A stretch of 58,986 bases of DNA, filler included, from Sluysia triapertura (Eukaryota): assembly GCA_046118255.1 (NCBI GenBank). It is 4 parts of 4 records of this genome, joined end to end, with 100 filler letters (N's around TTAATTAATTAA, not from the genome) between each part and the next. Parts side by side here need not be neighbours in the genome. Positions count along the whole stretch, not along the records: positions 28,216 to 39,792 come from JBJNIA010183213.1; positions 39,893 to 58,986 come from JBJNIA010096440.1; 2 more parts are not named here. One strand, given 5' to 3'. The position numbers and the translations under genes are program-made. The notes under the pieces were generated by a model. That model was not told where the DNA came from, searched no databases, and worked only from the letters and a program-made list of their open reading frames with translations. Shown in pieces: positions 39,710 to 52,710 of this stretch (positions are counted from its first letter, which is position 1; every line of letters starts with the position of its first letter).

Positions 39710-39779
39710 TAATGATAATAATATATTAATTTATATTGCGCTCATATCTACTGCAAAGTAAGTACTCAAAAGCGCTTAA
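39710..39779 (-). mobile_element. L2-LINE/SINE-type 3' tail fragment, second copy
   Basis: Near-identical to 20258-20324. Confidence 0.55.
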
Positions 39780-39792
39780 AATAAATCATTCA

Positions 39793-39892
39793 NNNNNNNN
39801 NNNNNNNNNNNNNNNNNNNNNNNNNNNNNNNNNNNNTTAATTAATTAANNNNNNNNNNNNNNNNNNNNNNNNNNNNNNNNNNNNNNNNNNNN
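39793..39892. other. Artificial scaffold-joining linker
   Basis: 44N-TTAATTAATTAA-44N. Confidence 0.97.
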
Positions 39893-40392
39893 TTAACATT
39901 GTAGATATATTTTTATTTACTATATATAATTTATAATTTTTAATAGCATCCGCTTTTTCTTTTTGCTTCAGGGATACTAGAAATATAATATCCATTATTT
40001 CCGATCTGTCAAATCAGAAATGTAATATACATTCTATTTTTAATTATAAAAAATGTTTTCATCTTAAAAAATTAATTGAAATCTCTGTGAAACGTGCAGC
40101 ACATTATTTCGGAAAGATGTATTAATTATTAAAACCGATTATGAATAATCTTTCCTGTTTGATTAATTTTCATTGCATTTCACGACCTCAACGAACGAAA
40201 TACATTTGGAATCGGAGGAAATGATTGGACTCGTATGATCATGACTTTGTACTAATAAAAGTAATGCATTCTAAAATATTTGTGTTTTGTGGGGTGCCGA
40301 TCTACAGAACTCTGTAGTGTATCATCGCTAAGCTAACACTGTTTTACATTTGATTATTCTTATTATGCTTAAAGCTTTATATTTTTATTCAG

Positions 40393-41055
40393 CCTTGATG
40401 ATGCACGAAAAGCAAAGAGACGAATTTCGAATAGCGTTGCAGAAGAAGTCGCGCAGAATCTGCCAGATGAAAGTAGAACGCCTTTCTACCGAGAAAGAAT
40501 TGCTCACAGTTCGAAATTAATTTGTATTTTTTTAATTCAATTTGTTAAAAAGTACTCTCTAATTTCACAATAAACGTGATCTTGATTTAATCAATTTTAG
40601 TTGTAATTAGTTGTAATAATTATTAATAATTAATTAATGAAAATAATTATAATAATTAATGTTGTATTGAAGAAAAATTGTTGTTATTTCGAAGTTAACA
40701 GAAAGTGAAATAACGAAAGAAAATAAAATAACGATGTTATAAATAAATTTAAAAATTCAAAATAAATCATTATTTTCACTTTCAATTTTCTATCATGCTT
40801 AAACAGAAGAAAATCAGAAAATAACTGAATTATAAGTTCGATATTTATTCGTCAACGTATTCTGCTATTTTTGTTTTTGTTCTCACGCTTCAATAATTAG
40901 TATAAAATTTCTGTTTTTCGCAAATGAAATTTCATTGAAAATTATTGTTTATTAATAATAATAATATTATTATTATGATAAATTTTAGAAGAACGTAGTG
41001 GCCTTAGAAGATGTAGTCAAAGAACTAGGAGGCTCTGATGACCAAATTCGAAATT
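40393..41055 (+). CDS. Two internal exons of an unidentified coiled-coil-like protein (40393-40508, 40989-41055)
   Basis: GC-richer islands bounded by ttcag/GT and tttag/GTAAG; phase-0 splice gives LMMHEKQRDEFRIALQKKSRRICQMKVERLSTEKELLT|KNVVALEDVVKELGGSDDQIRN. An alternative donor exists at 41068. Confidence 0.5.
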
Positions 41056-42808
41056 GTAAGCCCAGATGTTAGTATTTCATTTGCTGTATGTAAATGTAAA
41101 TTCGAAGTTTGGAACATTTTTGAAATGAAAATGCTTTCTTTGAAATTTTACGAATAACCAAAATAATGAAAAACATCACACTTACAACGAAAATAGCACA
41201 TCTACCTAACAAAACATTAAACCAAATACGCAACCATGTAAACTTCTAAACATTTTAAACTCAAAATAACATGATAATGAAATCTCTCCTTCCATTTAAT
41301 TTATAACTTTTTTAACCTTTGGTGGATGACTGATTAAAAAGAAAGAGTAGTGGTCATGATTTAATATTTCGTTACTTTTATTGCGCATATAGCATGTGTA
41401 AGATTAGTGTGGTATGATTATTTTTCTAGATTTTAATCTACGTGAATTTCTTATGATATTAGACTTACTCACTTAAGATCTAATACGTAAGTGACGTAAA
41501 AAATAGTTATTTGGAGGCTTTTTATATGTAAAATGTCAACAGCCTAGTTAAAGAACTAATGTTATGATGTCAGAGATTTAGTTTCTGCCTTATTGCAATG
41601 ACAGGTTAAAACCATGTAATTTACATTGGATCCCAATTAAAAAGAATCTGCAAAAATGAAATTTTAATACTAAATTATCAAGACATGAAGTATTTTTGGG
41701 TAATTTTATGACTATATAAATTTATTACTGCATAAAAAGGATTTAAGTAATTATACAAACACAATTCAAACAGTTTATATTAAGACAAAAATTGGGTATT
41801 AATTGCAATTCGTATTTAATATACAATTCTTATTTTATTTAAAAAAATGTTACATAAACCATTTAAAGGGTTGAATAAAAATATTAAACAAAGATTTTGA
41901 GTATAATTTACATCAACTTTAAATAGTTGTTAAAACCAAAAATCCTAACAGAATTATGAAGTGATCGAAGCACATAATATCAATTGATGTTGATGCCCGC
42001 AGTAGAACTCCTTTCAAAAATCTGTGGCACTTTGTAAATGATGCAACATAACTTGCAATAATATATTAAAAATTTGTGAATGGTGGATTGCAACTTGAAA
42101 ATTAAGAATTAGTGAATTAAGAAATTGTGAATTATGTGTCTTATGTGTTAGTTGTTTATACTAGATTTTTGAATGTCACAAAGAATTCAAACAACAGCAA
42201 AAAATTTATAAATTGTTTTAAAAATATTCTTTATTCTTCAACAAATTTAATTAATAAATTAATCCACTAATCAACAGGTTCTTTTAAATTTTGTTAATTA
42301 TTATTTAATGTAAAATTATACATGAAAATTATTATTAATTAATAGAATGTACATAAAATAAAATAATGTTAATTTTTATAAATAAAGTTACATAAAACAT
42401 AACTATAACAGTATTACCTCAACATAACTTTCAATCATTCAATAAAAACACAACTACTATAACATTTGTGATACATGTATTATAGTTCTTGAAGCACATT
42501 AATAAATCTTTAATTTAAAAATTTATATTCAACATAAGATAAAAATAACACTTAATAATATTTGTTTTATAAAAAAATTGTTAAGTATTTTACTAAGTAC
42601 AACTAAGACTTTATCATATTCAAAACATACAATAAAAAATTCAGAATGCGAAAAAATGCATCTGCGAAACTTGCAAAATTATTTATCCGTTTTAAAATAT
42701 TTGACAAAACGGATTTATTTTCAAAAACTAAAAATCCCACGAACACAATAAAATATAAAAATTCATATCTTATTTCATAAATAACACAAAAAATTACGTC
42801 AACTTAAG

Positions 42809-43030
42809 ATACTAATTTTCCAACATCATACTGCTTCATTAATTACTTCACATTCACAATTAGTCGTTGATATCATTTTTAAATCATTTGGTCAGAATTC
42901 GTCCCTATTCGCATTTGAACGTCGAAATACTAGTTTTCCAACATCATCTGTTTTACTAACTACTTTTATTTCGCGCTTAGTCGTTGATATCATTATTAAA
43001 TCTTCTGATTTTAATTCATCCTTTGTAAAT
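42809..43030 (-). repeat. Tandem duplication of ~117-118 bp encoding a decayed 39-aa repeat
   Basis: Units start 42809 and 42927; minus frame DELKSEDLIMISTTKREIKVVSKTDDVGKLV / DEF*PNDLKMISTTNCECEVINEA. Confidence 0.7.
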
Positions 43031-45239
43031 ATGTTAAAATTTCTAATTTTTAAAGTTTTCCATAAAGTGTAATATTAAAACAAGCATTAAGGCAAAATCT
43101 ACAATGTACAATCATTTAGTTATCCTTTTCAATCCATAATTTGACATAAAATAAGTCTAATAAAGTTATACAAATTTCATCAAATTACATTATTAAATTA
43201 TGTAAGACAGCAAAGAGTTGCCTGATTACGGCGAACGAAACTGCAATAAAATTTCTGCACCAGTAATTACATGAACGAGTTATGTAATATAAAGATGAAT
43301 AATTAGAGCAGATAGATATCTTTGACGAGCTCTATTTGAAAATTTCAAAGATGGAAATCGAGAGTAGATGAACTGATCATTGAGAACACTTATAATTAGC
43401 AAGAATTTGAACTATATTCGAGAAAAGAAGAAGAGGTAATTCATTCAGAACGCAAACCTGGATTAAATATACGAAACTGTTCGATTCATCGGAACTAAGG
43501 AGATCTGGGATCACGAATACTACTATTAACGTTACGAGACACTAGGAAGTATCACTTCTAGCTATGGTCAATTTGATATATATTTTAGTTCTTATCAATT
43601 GTTTTTATCTTACAAATGTTTCGAGTATTATTTTTATTTATATTTTCTGATTGTAGTAGTGAACTTCAGATCAACTTATAATAATAATCACAAACAAACA
43701 CATACACTAATTAATACGTCCTACATAAACAAGTCATTGAGTAAATTACAACTCATCAAACCAGTACGTATTCATACGAAACATAAACACCGTTCTAATA
43801 ATTAACTTAATTGATTAAATCTCGTATATCATTATCGTAGTTGTTTTCATGTATGTCTGAGTGTTTCTATGCATATGTGTATATATGTGTACATCTTAAT
43901 TTTGTTATTAGTATTTTATCATTATTATTGTTGTTGTTATTTCCACTAATACCACGTATACCTAATGTATTATAATACTGTTTACTGTTAACTCTAGGTT
44001 TAAGTATTATATTTTTGTATGTTTTATTATTTTACTGAGTTATCACAATGAGTGACTTTACATTGAGATTTATTAAATTATATAAAGTTATTATTGACTT
44101 TGTCATTGTGATAAATATTTTGTTAAATATATCGCGATTCGAATTTGTTTAATTTGGTTATGGAGTCTTTTTCGTTAATTAAATATAATAACTAAACACT
44201 TAGAAACGAGATCTGGTCCGACTTTCGAGAAGATCTATAGAGTCCATATTTTCACTCATTTCTTCCGACCTGTTATTACGATCAGCTTTGTTTGAGATAC
44301 TGCTGCTTTTGTTTATTATTTTATACGCGATAACAACATAATTATCTGCAGTGATAAAAGTGAAAAAGATATAAGATAAATTTAGTATTTGGAAATTACG
44401 AAAGAGACTGGCACCGACAATATACGTAATAAATAGAAAACAAATAAGCTATAAACATTATAAATATACAAACTAATAAAATGTTGAATAAGGATGAAAA
44501 TAGAGCCGAGACCAATTTATAATCGTCTTAAATCCAAAATTAATTAGTGGAACATTTTAATAATTGTAAACTGTTGTATAATTCGGTCTTCACGACTCAG
44601 CAGTACTTGTGAAGAATGGAATAGAGAAATTGATGAAATTATTATTATTTTTTATTTATTACGTATCTTAAATTGATTTCTTATATATTCCATAATCTTC
44701 CAGTAATTTGACATTCTCTGGTAGCTGATTATATATTTTTGAATCACTTTATTATAATTATAATATTATTATTATCACTAGTAAAATTCTAATAGTTTAA
44801 AAAATATTTATTTTATTTCCGATACTAATTTTTCCAATAAATAATTAGGATTTCCAAAACTTAAACATTTGTAGATATTATTATATCATTATTCTTAATT
44901 TCATTCTTTAATTCTTTAAGATAAGATCTCGTTTTCACTGAAAAATCATTCTTCCTGCTGGATACCTTAGTAATTGCAAATTTCTCATTTTCCTGCATAT
45001 ATTCTATATTATTAGTTATAAATTAATATTTGATTTTGTCTCAGCTTTATTGTTATACTTTGATAAAGTTTACAATTTACTTTGATGACTGAGATTTATT
45101 TTTAAGCTTTAAAACACTATTTGAAGAAATTTTTATTAAAATTTATAACTTTAGTATTATAAAACATTATGCTTAAAAGATAATGGATAAAATTATTAAT
45201 ATAAATAATAAAATTATCAACAAAAGGACTTAAGCACCG

Positions 45240-45490
45240 TTACTAATTTCAAAAAGGAAAAACACTCCATTTAAGTAAATTGACACTCCAGTTATTAAAA
45301 TATCTACTGTAAAAGTTGATAAAACATTGTAACACATACATGGATTATATCCGAATTTAGAAGGATCCATGCGTTGATGGACGACCATGATGCGTTCTGA
45401 GAAATACAAATATAAATTTTTTATCGTTGCTAGTAACAATTAAACGTTCCTAACATGATTATCAGTCTTCCGAGCGGTCTTTTAAGAACA
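45240..45490 (-). pseudogene. Possible gypsy RT C-terminal remnant
   Basis: RMDPSKF then, in another frame, LQCFINFYSRYFNNWS, resembling PDPxKV...FLGLINYYRRFIxNFS. Confidence 0.3.
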
Positions 45491-46171
45491 CGAGAAAGAA
45501 AACTATTAAACTTAAAACCAACACATAAATTGTTTATCTTTATTTACTGAAAGCATTTTACGAATGAACTGCAATCAGTGAAACGTAGAGCAGATACTAA
45601 ATATACAGCTTGCATCACTTCAATTGACGAAGTGCGAAATAAGTTCGCATACTGAATGATCTGATAAAGACTAATGATACTGAATGACGAAATATGTAAT
45701 GAACAGTAAAAACAGAAACTTCGACCACTAGAGTGTTTAAAAGCAATGATCGTTTCAGTTCATTTGGTTTATTTCAATTAGTGGTTACAAAGGTATGCAA
45801 ATACTTACTTAAAATCCATTTTATTACTTTCTCTTTTTATAAATCTTGCATCTGATCTTCTAGCAGCTAAGAGAAATTTCTTATTATCTTTGACTCGTTT
45901 AGACATCTCCGAATTTTCAAATTTAAACATTTATTCTAAAAGTTTTTTTATATATAGATCGCTAAGCTAATATTTAAACAGTATGAAATAGCTACAAATA
46001 ATTATATTCAACCAAATTATTCCACTTTTATAGACGATTTATATTTTAATATCCAAAAATGAATGATTCATAAATGGACAATTTATTAAGTTCTTTTCCA
46101 GCAAGCATAAAAATAATAAAAATAATCGTAACTGTAAGGTCAAATGATTTAATAGAAAAAAATTAATTTAC

Positions 46172-46406
46172 NNNNNNNNNNNNNNNNNNNNNNNNNNNNN
46201 NNNNNNNNNNNNNNNNNNNNNNNNNNNNNNNNNNNNNNNNNNNNNNNNNNNNNNNNNNNNNNNNNNNNNNNNNNNNNNNNNNNNNNNNNNNNNNNNNNNN
46301 NNNNNNNNNNNNNNNNNNNNNNNNNNNNNNNNNNNNNNNNNNNNNNNNNNNNNNNNNNNNNNNNNNNNNNNNNNNNNNNNNNNNNNNNNNNNNNNNNNNN
46401 NNNNNN
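46172..46406. other. Within-scaffold assembly gap
   Basis: Plain N run without linker. Confidence 0.95.
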
Positions 46407-46835
46407 ACTATTATTACTACAGTTATTATTATTATCATTATTATTACTATAATCACTCGATCATAAAATCAACCTCTTTCTTTTAATGATAAAAGCACCT
46501 GGCGGAACTAACATAGCAATAAGAAAACCACTTCAATTTTTTGACTATTTGTGGTATTGTAAGTTCGTAGATAAATCTGTAATAGTCGTGTGCATCGTAC
46601 ACTTTTCTGATGTAACTTATGAAGGGTAGTCGTGGCAGCACACTGACTTAAAATTTCATTCTTGCTACATTTTAAAGCCTTGTTATAATCGTCATTACTT
46701 ATCTCATTATTCCAATTTAAAGGTAAGGCATACATAATAAGAAAATACTTCATTGGTTAATGGTGCAACTCGAAAAATTGTTCAATGTGATGAATGTGAT
46801 GTCCTCTTAAATTACAGAGTTAAACTTATTTTATC

Positions 46836-47249
46836 CAGGGTGCCCGAACACCAAACTTAAATAAAAATTAGATATCAAAAACGACAAATGTAATTTCTTT
46901 TATGTCATTTTATGTATTATCTTCGCTACTATTCATTTCCTTCTGCGTGATCTTATTGATTTTGTTCTGATTTTTGTTCAGCGTGCACTTCTGGATTCTC
47001 ATTCTTAAAAATGAAGCGAAGGACTTTAGATTTAAACGAACAAATGACCAAAGAACGCCTAAGACAATTGATCAACTAAAACAAAGTATTCAGCACGAAT
47101 GGAACCAAATTTCAGAGGAAACTTGCTAGAAAGTATGTCGCAGTGTTGTCAAAAGATGGTGTGCTTGTAAATACTAAATATACCTATTAAGTTTGTCGTT
47201 TTTGATATCTCATTTTTAGTTAAGTTTGTGGTTCTTTTGTGACACCCTG
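46836..47249 (+). mobile_element. Internally deleted Tc1/mariner-superfamily element (CAGGGTG termini)
   Basis: ~55-bp imperfect TIRs including AGATATCAAAAACGACAAA; TA after the right end; transposase C-terminal remnant PKTIDQLKQSIQHEWNQISEETC*KVCRSVVKRWCAC. Confidence 0.85.
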
Positions 47250-47431
47250 TATAAAATTTTAAGTTTTGATAAATAACTTAAAAGAAATCCTCTAATACCA
47301 TTCGTACACTTTTTTAAACCTTATTCGTAAAACGTTTTTCAAAAATTCAAAATGATTCAAATTAATAATTTTTTCGCGCTTGTACTTTTACTTCTACATA
47401 ATATATATCAATATATTGATTTTTCAAGGTG

Positions 47432-47434
<3 letters not shown>

Positions 47435-47487
<53 letters not shown>
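47435..47487. repeat. (ATT)n microsatellite
   Basis: Perfect triplet run. Confidence 0.95.
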
Positions 47488-47489
<2 letters not shown>

Positions 47490-47928
47490 AGAAAATAGAT
47501 TTATTTTTAAATTTTGTTATTTTACAAAAGTCACGACAAATTCAAATTTAATCCATCTAAATATTTAGTGTAACGATATGTATTATTATTATTATTATTA
47601 ACTTTGAATATAATACTTAAAATGCTTATCATGTTTTTTCAACCTTAAAAAACGTGACTTTTTAGCTCCTGCTTGAATTTTTAATTGCATTATTTAAATC
47701 AGAAAATAAATTATAATTATTATTACCAGCATCATTGTTGTCATTATTGTTGTCGCCATCATTGTCGTCTTTTCATTCATCCTTTGTAAATAATAATGTT
47801 TAGAACATTCGGAATGTTGAGATATTTTTATTTTTGATGTTTTCTGGAGAACAAACAAAATAATTCTTAGTGAAAAATTTATATTTATAATATTCATTAT
47901 CGAATAAATCATCATTCAGATACATTTA

Positions 47929-48579
47929 CAGTGGTGGCTAAATTATTAGACTAAAACAGGACAAATATTTTTGTTACCCTGGCCTGGAAATTCTTCAGAT
48001 ATGAATTCAGAGATTATCAAAAGGCGAGTTTCTACCCATAAACCAACCACCACGATGGGACTTGTTGAAACGCTAATAAGAATATGGCATCACGATGACG
48101 AGATCAAAGACTTGTGCCCCAAGTTCATCCGTGGTGTGCCTTTAAGGATCAGTAAGTTATTGGATAACAAAGTACATAATTTTTGGATGTTACTATTTTT
48201 ATCTATCATTTTACTTTCATCAGAATAACTATTTTCTACAAAAAAATACCGAGATCGAAAACATACAGAAATTTTATTCTTGTAGCATGTGATAACACAA
48301 TTTAATACAAATCAAATATGTACAAACTGTTGTATCAGTATACTTTGTTTGACCTTCTTTGTTATCCAATAATTTCCTGATCCTTAAAGGTGTATACCAC
48401 GGATGAGCTTGGAGCACATACTTTTATCAGGTTTTCAATAAGTTCAATAAACTCTCATTTTGACGATATGCCACAGATTTTCTATGGAATTAATGTCTGG
48501 AGAGTTTCCAGGCCAGAGTAGCAAATATTAAGAAAAGCAAAGAAAAACATATTTGTCCTGTTTTAGTCTAATAATTTAG
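47929..48579. mobile_element. Two inverted, deleted Tc1-like copies forming a fold-back unit
   Basis: Left arm (+) TA|CAGTGG then WPGNSSDMN; right arm (-) WPGNSPDINSIENLWHIVK (Tc1 WPxxSPDLNPIENLW motif); 31-nt perfect inverted match CTAAATTATTAGACTAAAACAGGACAAATAT. Confidence 0.85.
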
Positions 48580-48994
48580 TCTAATAAATCTCGATGTACC
48601 AGTTGAAAATATTCTTGTTGCTACTGATTTGATATTTTAAGTATAAAAAGTAGAACTATTGTTGTTTTTTTCAATCTATATTTGACGGTTTTTCGGGTAA
48701 TTGCTTTCGTAATATTGGTTTTGCACTCACAGATTTCAAAATGTCCATTTCAAAATTACTAATATCTAAACCATTTTTGTCATTTTTTCTAAACTTTTCG
48801 AGCACTTGTGATTAACATCATTTTCTATGTTCGAATGTTTGTAATGTTATCAAAACTATATTAAAAGGAGATAGTTAAAAGAAAAAAAGAACAAAGAAGA
48901 TTAATTATTTAGAAGTTTCGGGATGAAGTTAGTTTTAGTTAAAATAAAAGATTAACTGTATGTACACAATTACATAGATAATTACTGAAAACTA

Positions 48995-49305
48995 AATAAA
49001 ATCTTTATTCATCTGTTGTGCTGGCTTCTTATTTTCCTTCCATTTCATCAATGACTAACTCATTCGTTGGATACTCGGCTGTCTCTAAAGTGTCTTTAAC
49101 AAGATTACGAAGGTCAGAATTTTTCGGCTTTGAAACTTATGCTTGCAAGGATTATTCTCTATTGACTTCTCTGCATCCTCCAATGATATTTTCGGAATCA
49201 TTACTTCTCTGATCAGTAGTTTCTGTTTCAATTCTTTCATCATAATTTATCGTAAAATTACGCTGCAGTTTGAGAAAGTTCCAGATTTTGGACTTCTGGT
49301 CTATG
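48995..49305 (-). pseudogene. Degenerate unidentified exon
   Basis: After acceptor-like catag: QKSKIWNFLKLQRNFTINYDERIETETTDQRSNDSENIIGGCREVNRE*SLQA*VSKPKNSDLRNLVKDTLE, one frame with scattered TAA. Confidence 0.3.
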
Positions 49306-50021
49306 TATACAAAACTTTATAAATAAATTTAAAATTAGTATTCTATTTATATTTATATGTAGTTAAGTTATTACTAATATTTATTAAAATAATAGAAAAA
49401 ATAATAATTTAGATCCAAGTACCAAGAAAATCAGAGTGAAGAAATATATATCTGAACAGGTTACTAATTACATATTTACTTAAATTTAATTACATGTTTA
49501 ATTTAATTTAATTACATATTTAATTTATGTTAATTTATATTTAATAATTTACCTGTTCGTTTTTTAATTACATGCATTATTCATTCAGGCTAGCAATATC
49601 ACATATTCAGTACTTTGTCTCTTTTCGTACTTAGCTGCAAGTCTTAATAGTAATAACAACAACACTAACACTCCTGCCCAATCACCATTAGCAGCCAATT
49701 TTATTGGTTTACCAACAACTAATTCCAAATTAGCATTATCGAGCTCACCATCGTCACAATCTGTTATATCTCAAAACTCTGTTCAGTTAGATCAAGCAAT
49801 AATTCATAATTCATTATCTACTAATTCGTTATCATAATATAATTTATCAAAACTCGATTACCGCTTACAAAAAAATTTTGTCAATTTTCAATATTATTAT
49901 TTACTAATAAACATCAGTAGTACAATTTATTAAAATTTATAATCTGGTAATCTTGTTTGGTGATGTTTCTTACTTTTTATTGGTGATGTAGTGTTTATTG
50001 TGCATTTTTTAATTTTACGAA

Positions 50022-50036
50022 TTATTATTATTATTA

Positions 50037-50079
<43 letters not shown>

Positions 50080-50215
50080 ATTATTATTATTAAATCATCC
50101 AATCATTCCATCTTGTGCATAATAATAACTTATTAATAGTAGTGTAGCTAAGTAACATATTTTTAGTAAACAGATAGATTTATTATTATTATTAATATCA
50201 TTATTATTATTATTA

Positions 50216-50264
<49 letters not shown>
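50022..50264. repeat. (ATT)n microsatellite cluster
   Basis: Long triplet runs at 50022-50092 and 50180-50264. Confidence 0.9.
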
Positions 50265-50265
<1 letters not shown>

Positions 50266-52710
50266 AATGATGACACTATTGCATGACAATATGGGAAAAC
50301 TAAGCATTAGAAATTTGGATGCACGGTTAAGTCGACTCAGTTGTGAAATATATACATCAAATATTTGTAAGGTTTCCATTTGCTGAGTTTTTGCGAACTG
50401 CGTATTGAATGAAGCAACAAAAATCATTTCGTTGCCTGGAACCTTGATGTTTTAAAAATAATTGAAAAATTAACCATTTTTATTAGATCGGTATCTAAAA
50501 TCTGATTGGTTTATGTTCCTCATTTTTTATTGGTAATTTTCTTTATTATTATTATTATTATTATTATTATTTCATTTTTTTAATTACAATATTAAAGTCA
50601 TTATACTAAATAAATGTGTTATGATTTTAAATATTTATTTTTATGGTACTCGGTAACTCTATTCGTCGCAGGGTTGCTGCATAACATTTCATTTTAACCA
50701 ATGAACATTATTGTATGCTTTACGTTGCTAGTGTTGAAGCTAGTATAAATATTGGACTTATTAAATTTGATTGGCGGAATTTTCTGTAGTGTATGATCTA
50801 GGGTTTTGAAGCGCCGGACAAAACAAAATTGGGAGCCCTTTCATACAAGAACACACAAATTTACTGCGAATTTAAAAAAATAGTAAAGAAGGCAAAAAAT
50901 CAAAATTACACAATAAAGAACTGTGTAAAAATTAAAAAATGGTACAATAGTAATTTACTTGCAAGCGATACAACATATGGAATAACAACGAGCGCATCTG
51001 AAGTTTGGGCGACGAAGTAGAGTTAGAACTTTGAAAAGTAAGTTATGCTATTCCTGTTGCATACGTATTTGTCAAAAATTCAATACATAATTAATTAAAT
51101 TAATTTTTTGAAAAACAGTTTACAATATTAAAATAATTAGCGCGTCGTGACCTTCGTTTGGTATTATTAAAGAAAGAAATTTATTGCTTGCTAAAAAATC
51201 GGTGTCTCATGAAAAATGATCGATTTTAATTTATAAAATCTAAAAAATAATGAATGTAAAAAAATATTTTATTTTTATATCGGCGCCACGTTCAGTCCGC
51301 CCAGCTTGGCCGTCCCTTTATGTGAGCTAATTAAGTACTAAACAATTTCGATAACGTAGCATTTTTAGCAGAGTTCAGTTACAGTATACGATGTACAATA
51401 TCGATTAATGCACAATTTCTTGTAGCTTACTATTCTGTCTATTGTGTCTACTTTAAAATTATTAACAATAACAAAATTGTTTGAAATCTCGACATATTTC
51501 CAATAATCCAGTAGTAATTTAGGAGAAAATAAGTCAGATAGATTACTAGAAAATAATGGTTGATGATTAATTGTTCGCTTTCCTAGTTTAAACAGTTATG
51601 AAAGTTAAAAAACAAAAATGAGTTCGCCTACGTAATGCGGTTTATCTTAAAAAAGGACTCGTTCGTAGGATTTAATCGACGTAAAAGCTTAATAAAGAGG
51701 GTCACTATACTTCGAAATTACTTTTCACAATTAATAATATATCAAATATTTCTATATGTTATTTAATCTTATTCTATGAAGTCCTTTGATAAAATACTGT
51801 GTGAAGGAATTCTTAACACTTTCGGAGTAATGAGAGTTAATTTAAATTCTTAATTCTCTATTCAATTAATTAAATTCAGACCGATTTTAATTTTATACTT
51901 TCTAATCGGTTTTGATTTTATATTTTACTTTATAAACTTTGCAAATCTTCAAAAGGTGTTTAAATTTAGTTCCACGGCCATCGAAATCATCATCCAGCTT
52001 GCACGGCTCTCGCATTTTTCTTTCTTATTCTAAAGAACTCTCTCTTCCAAAATTTTAAGTTATTAATAAATCTATTATAACATTTTTTGTTGTCTTAGTT
52101 TAAATGTAAAATTTAATAATACATTTATAATCATTAATAAAATTAAACTAGATTTTGAAAAAAATTTTAAACATTTTTTGGTCATATTTTTAATTGATAA
52201 ACGAATAATTTTTCCATTAAATATAACTTTAATATATCTATCAAAACGAAACAGATGCTTTTAATACGTTATTAATTATTACAACTTACAAATATCAATA
52301 TTTACATAGAACCGCAATTATTTGCGTTAAAACCTTACTTAAATAGTAAAATAATTAATTTTTACTAAACTTTAAAATTAGTTTGCTTTAAAGTTTTTAA
52401 TACTAAAATCCATTATCAATCTGAATCAGTTATAAGAAACAATAATAAATGATTCTAAATAACTAAATATATATATCTGGAAGTTACAAGCACATTCCAA
52501 CGAATGAAAATTTGCTTTCTGAATTATTTAATGTTTAAATTGTGCAAAGTCATCAAAGAAATACAAATTTTATTAATATTTGAAAATCATCGAATTAAGG
52601 AAAAATATTCGTAATTTCGAATATGGGAAGTCAAGTTCCAAATGAATTGCAGTTACTCAAACCGAATTCAGAACGAAAAATTATCGAAATATCTGTAAAA
52701 ATATCTTAAT

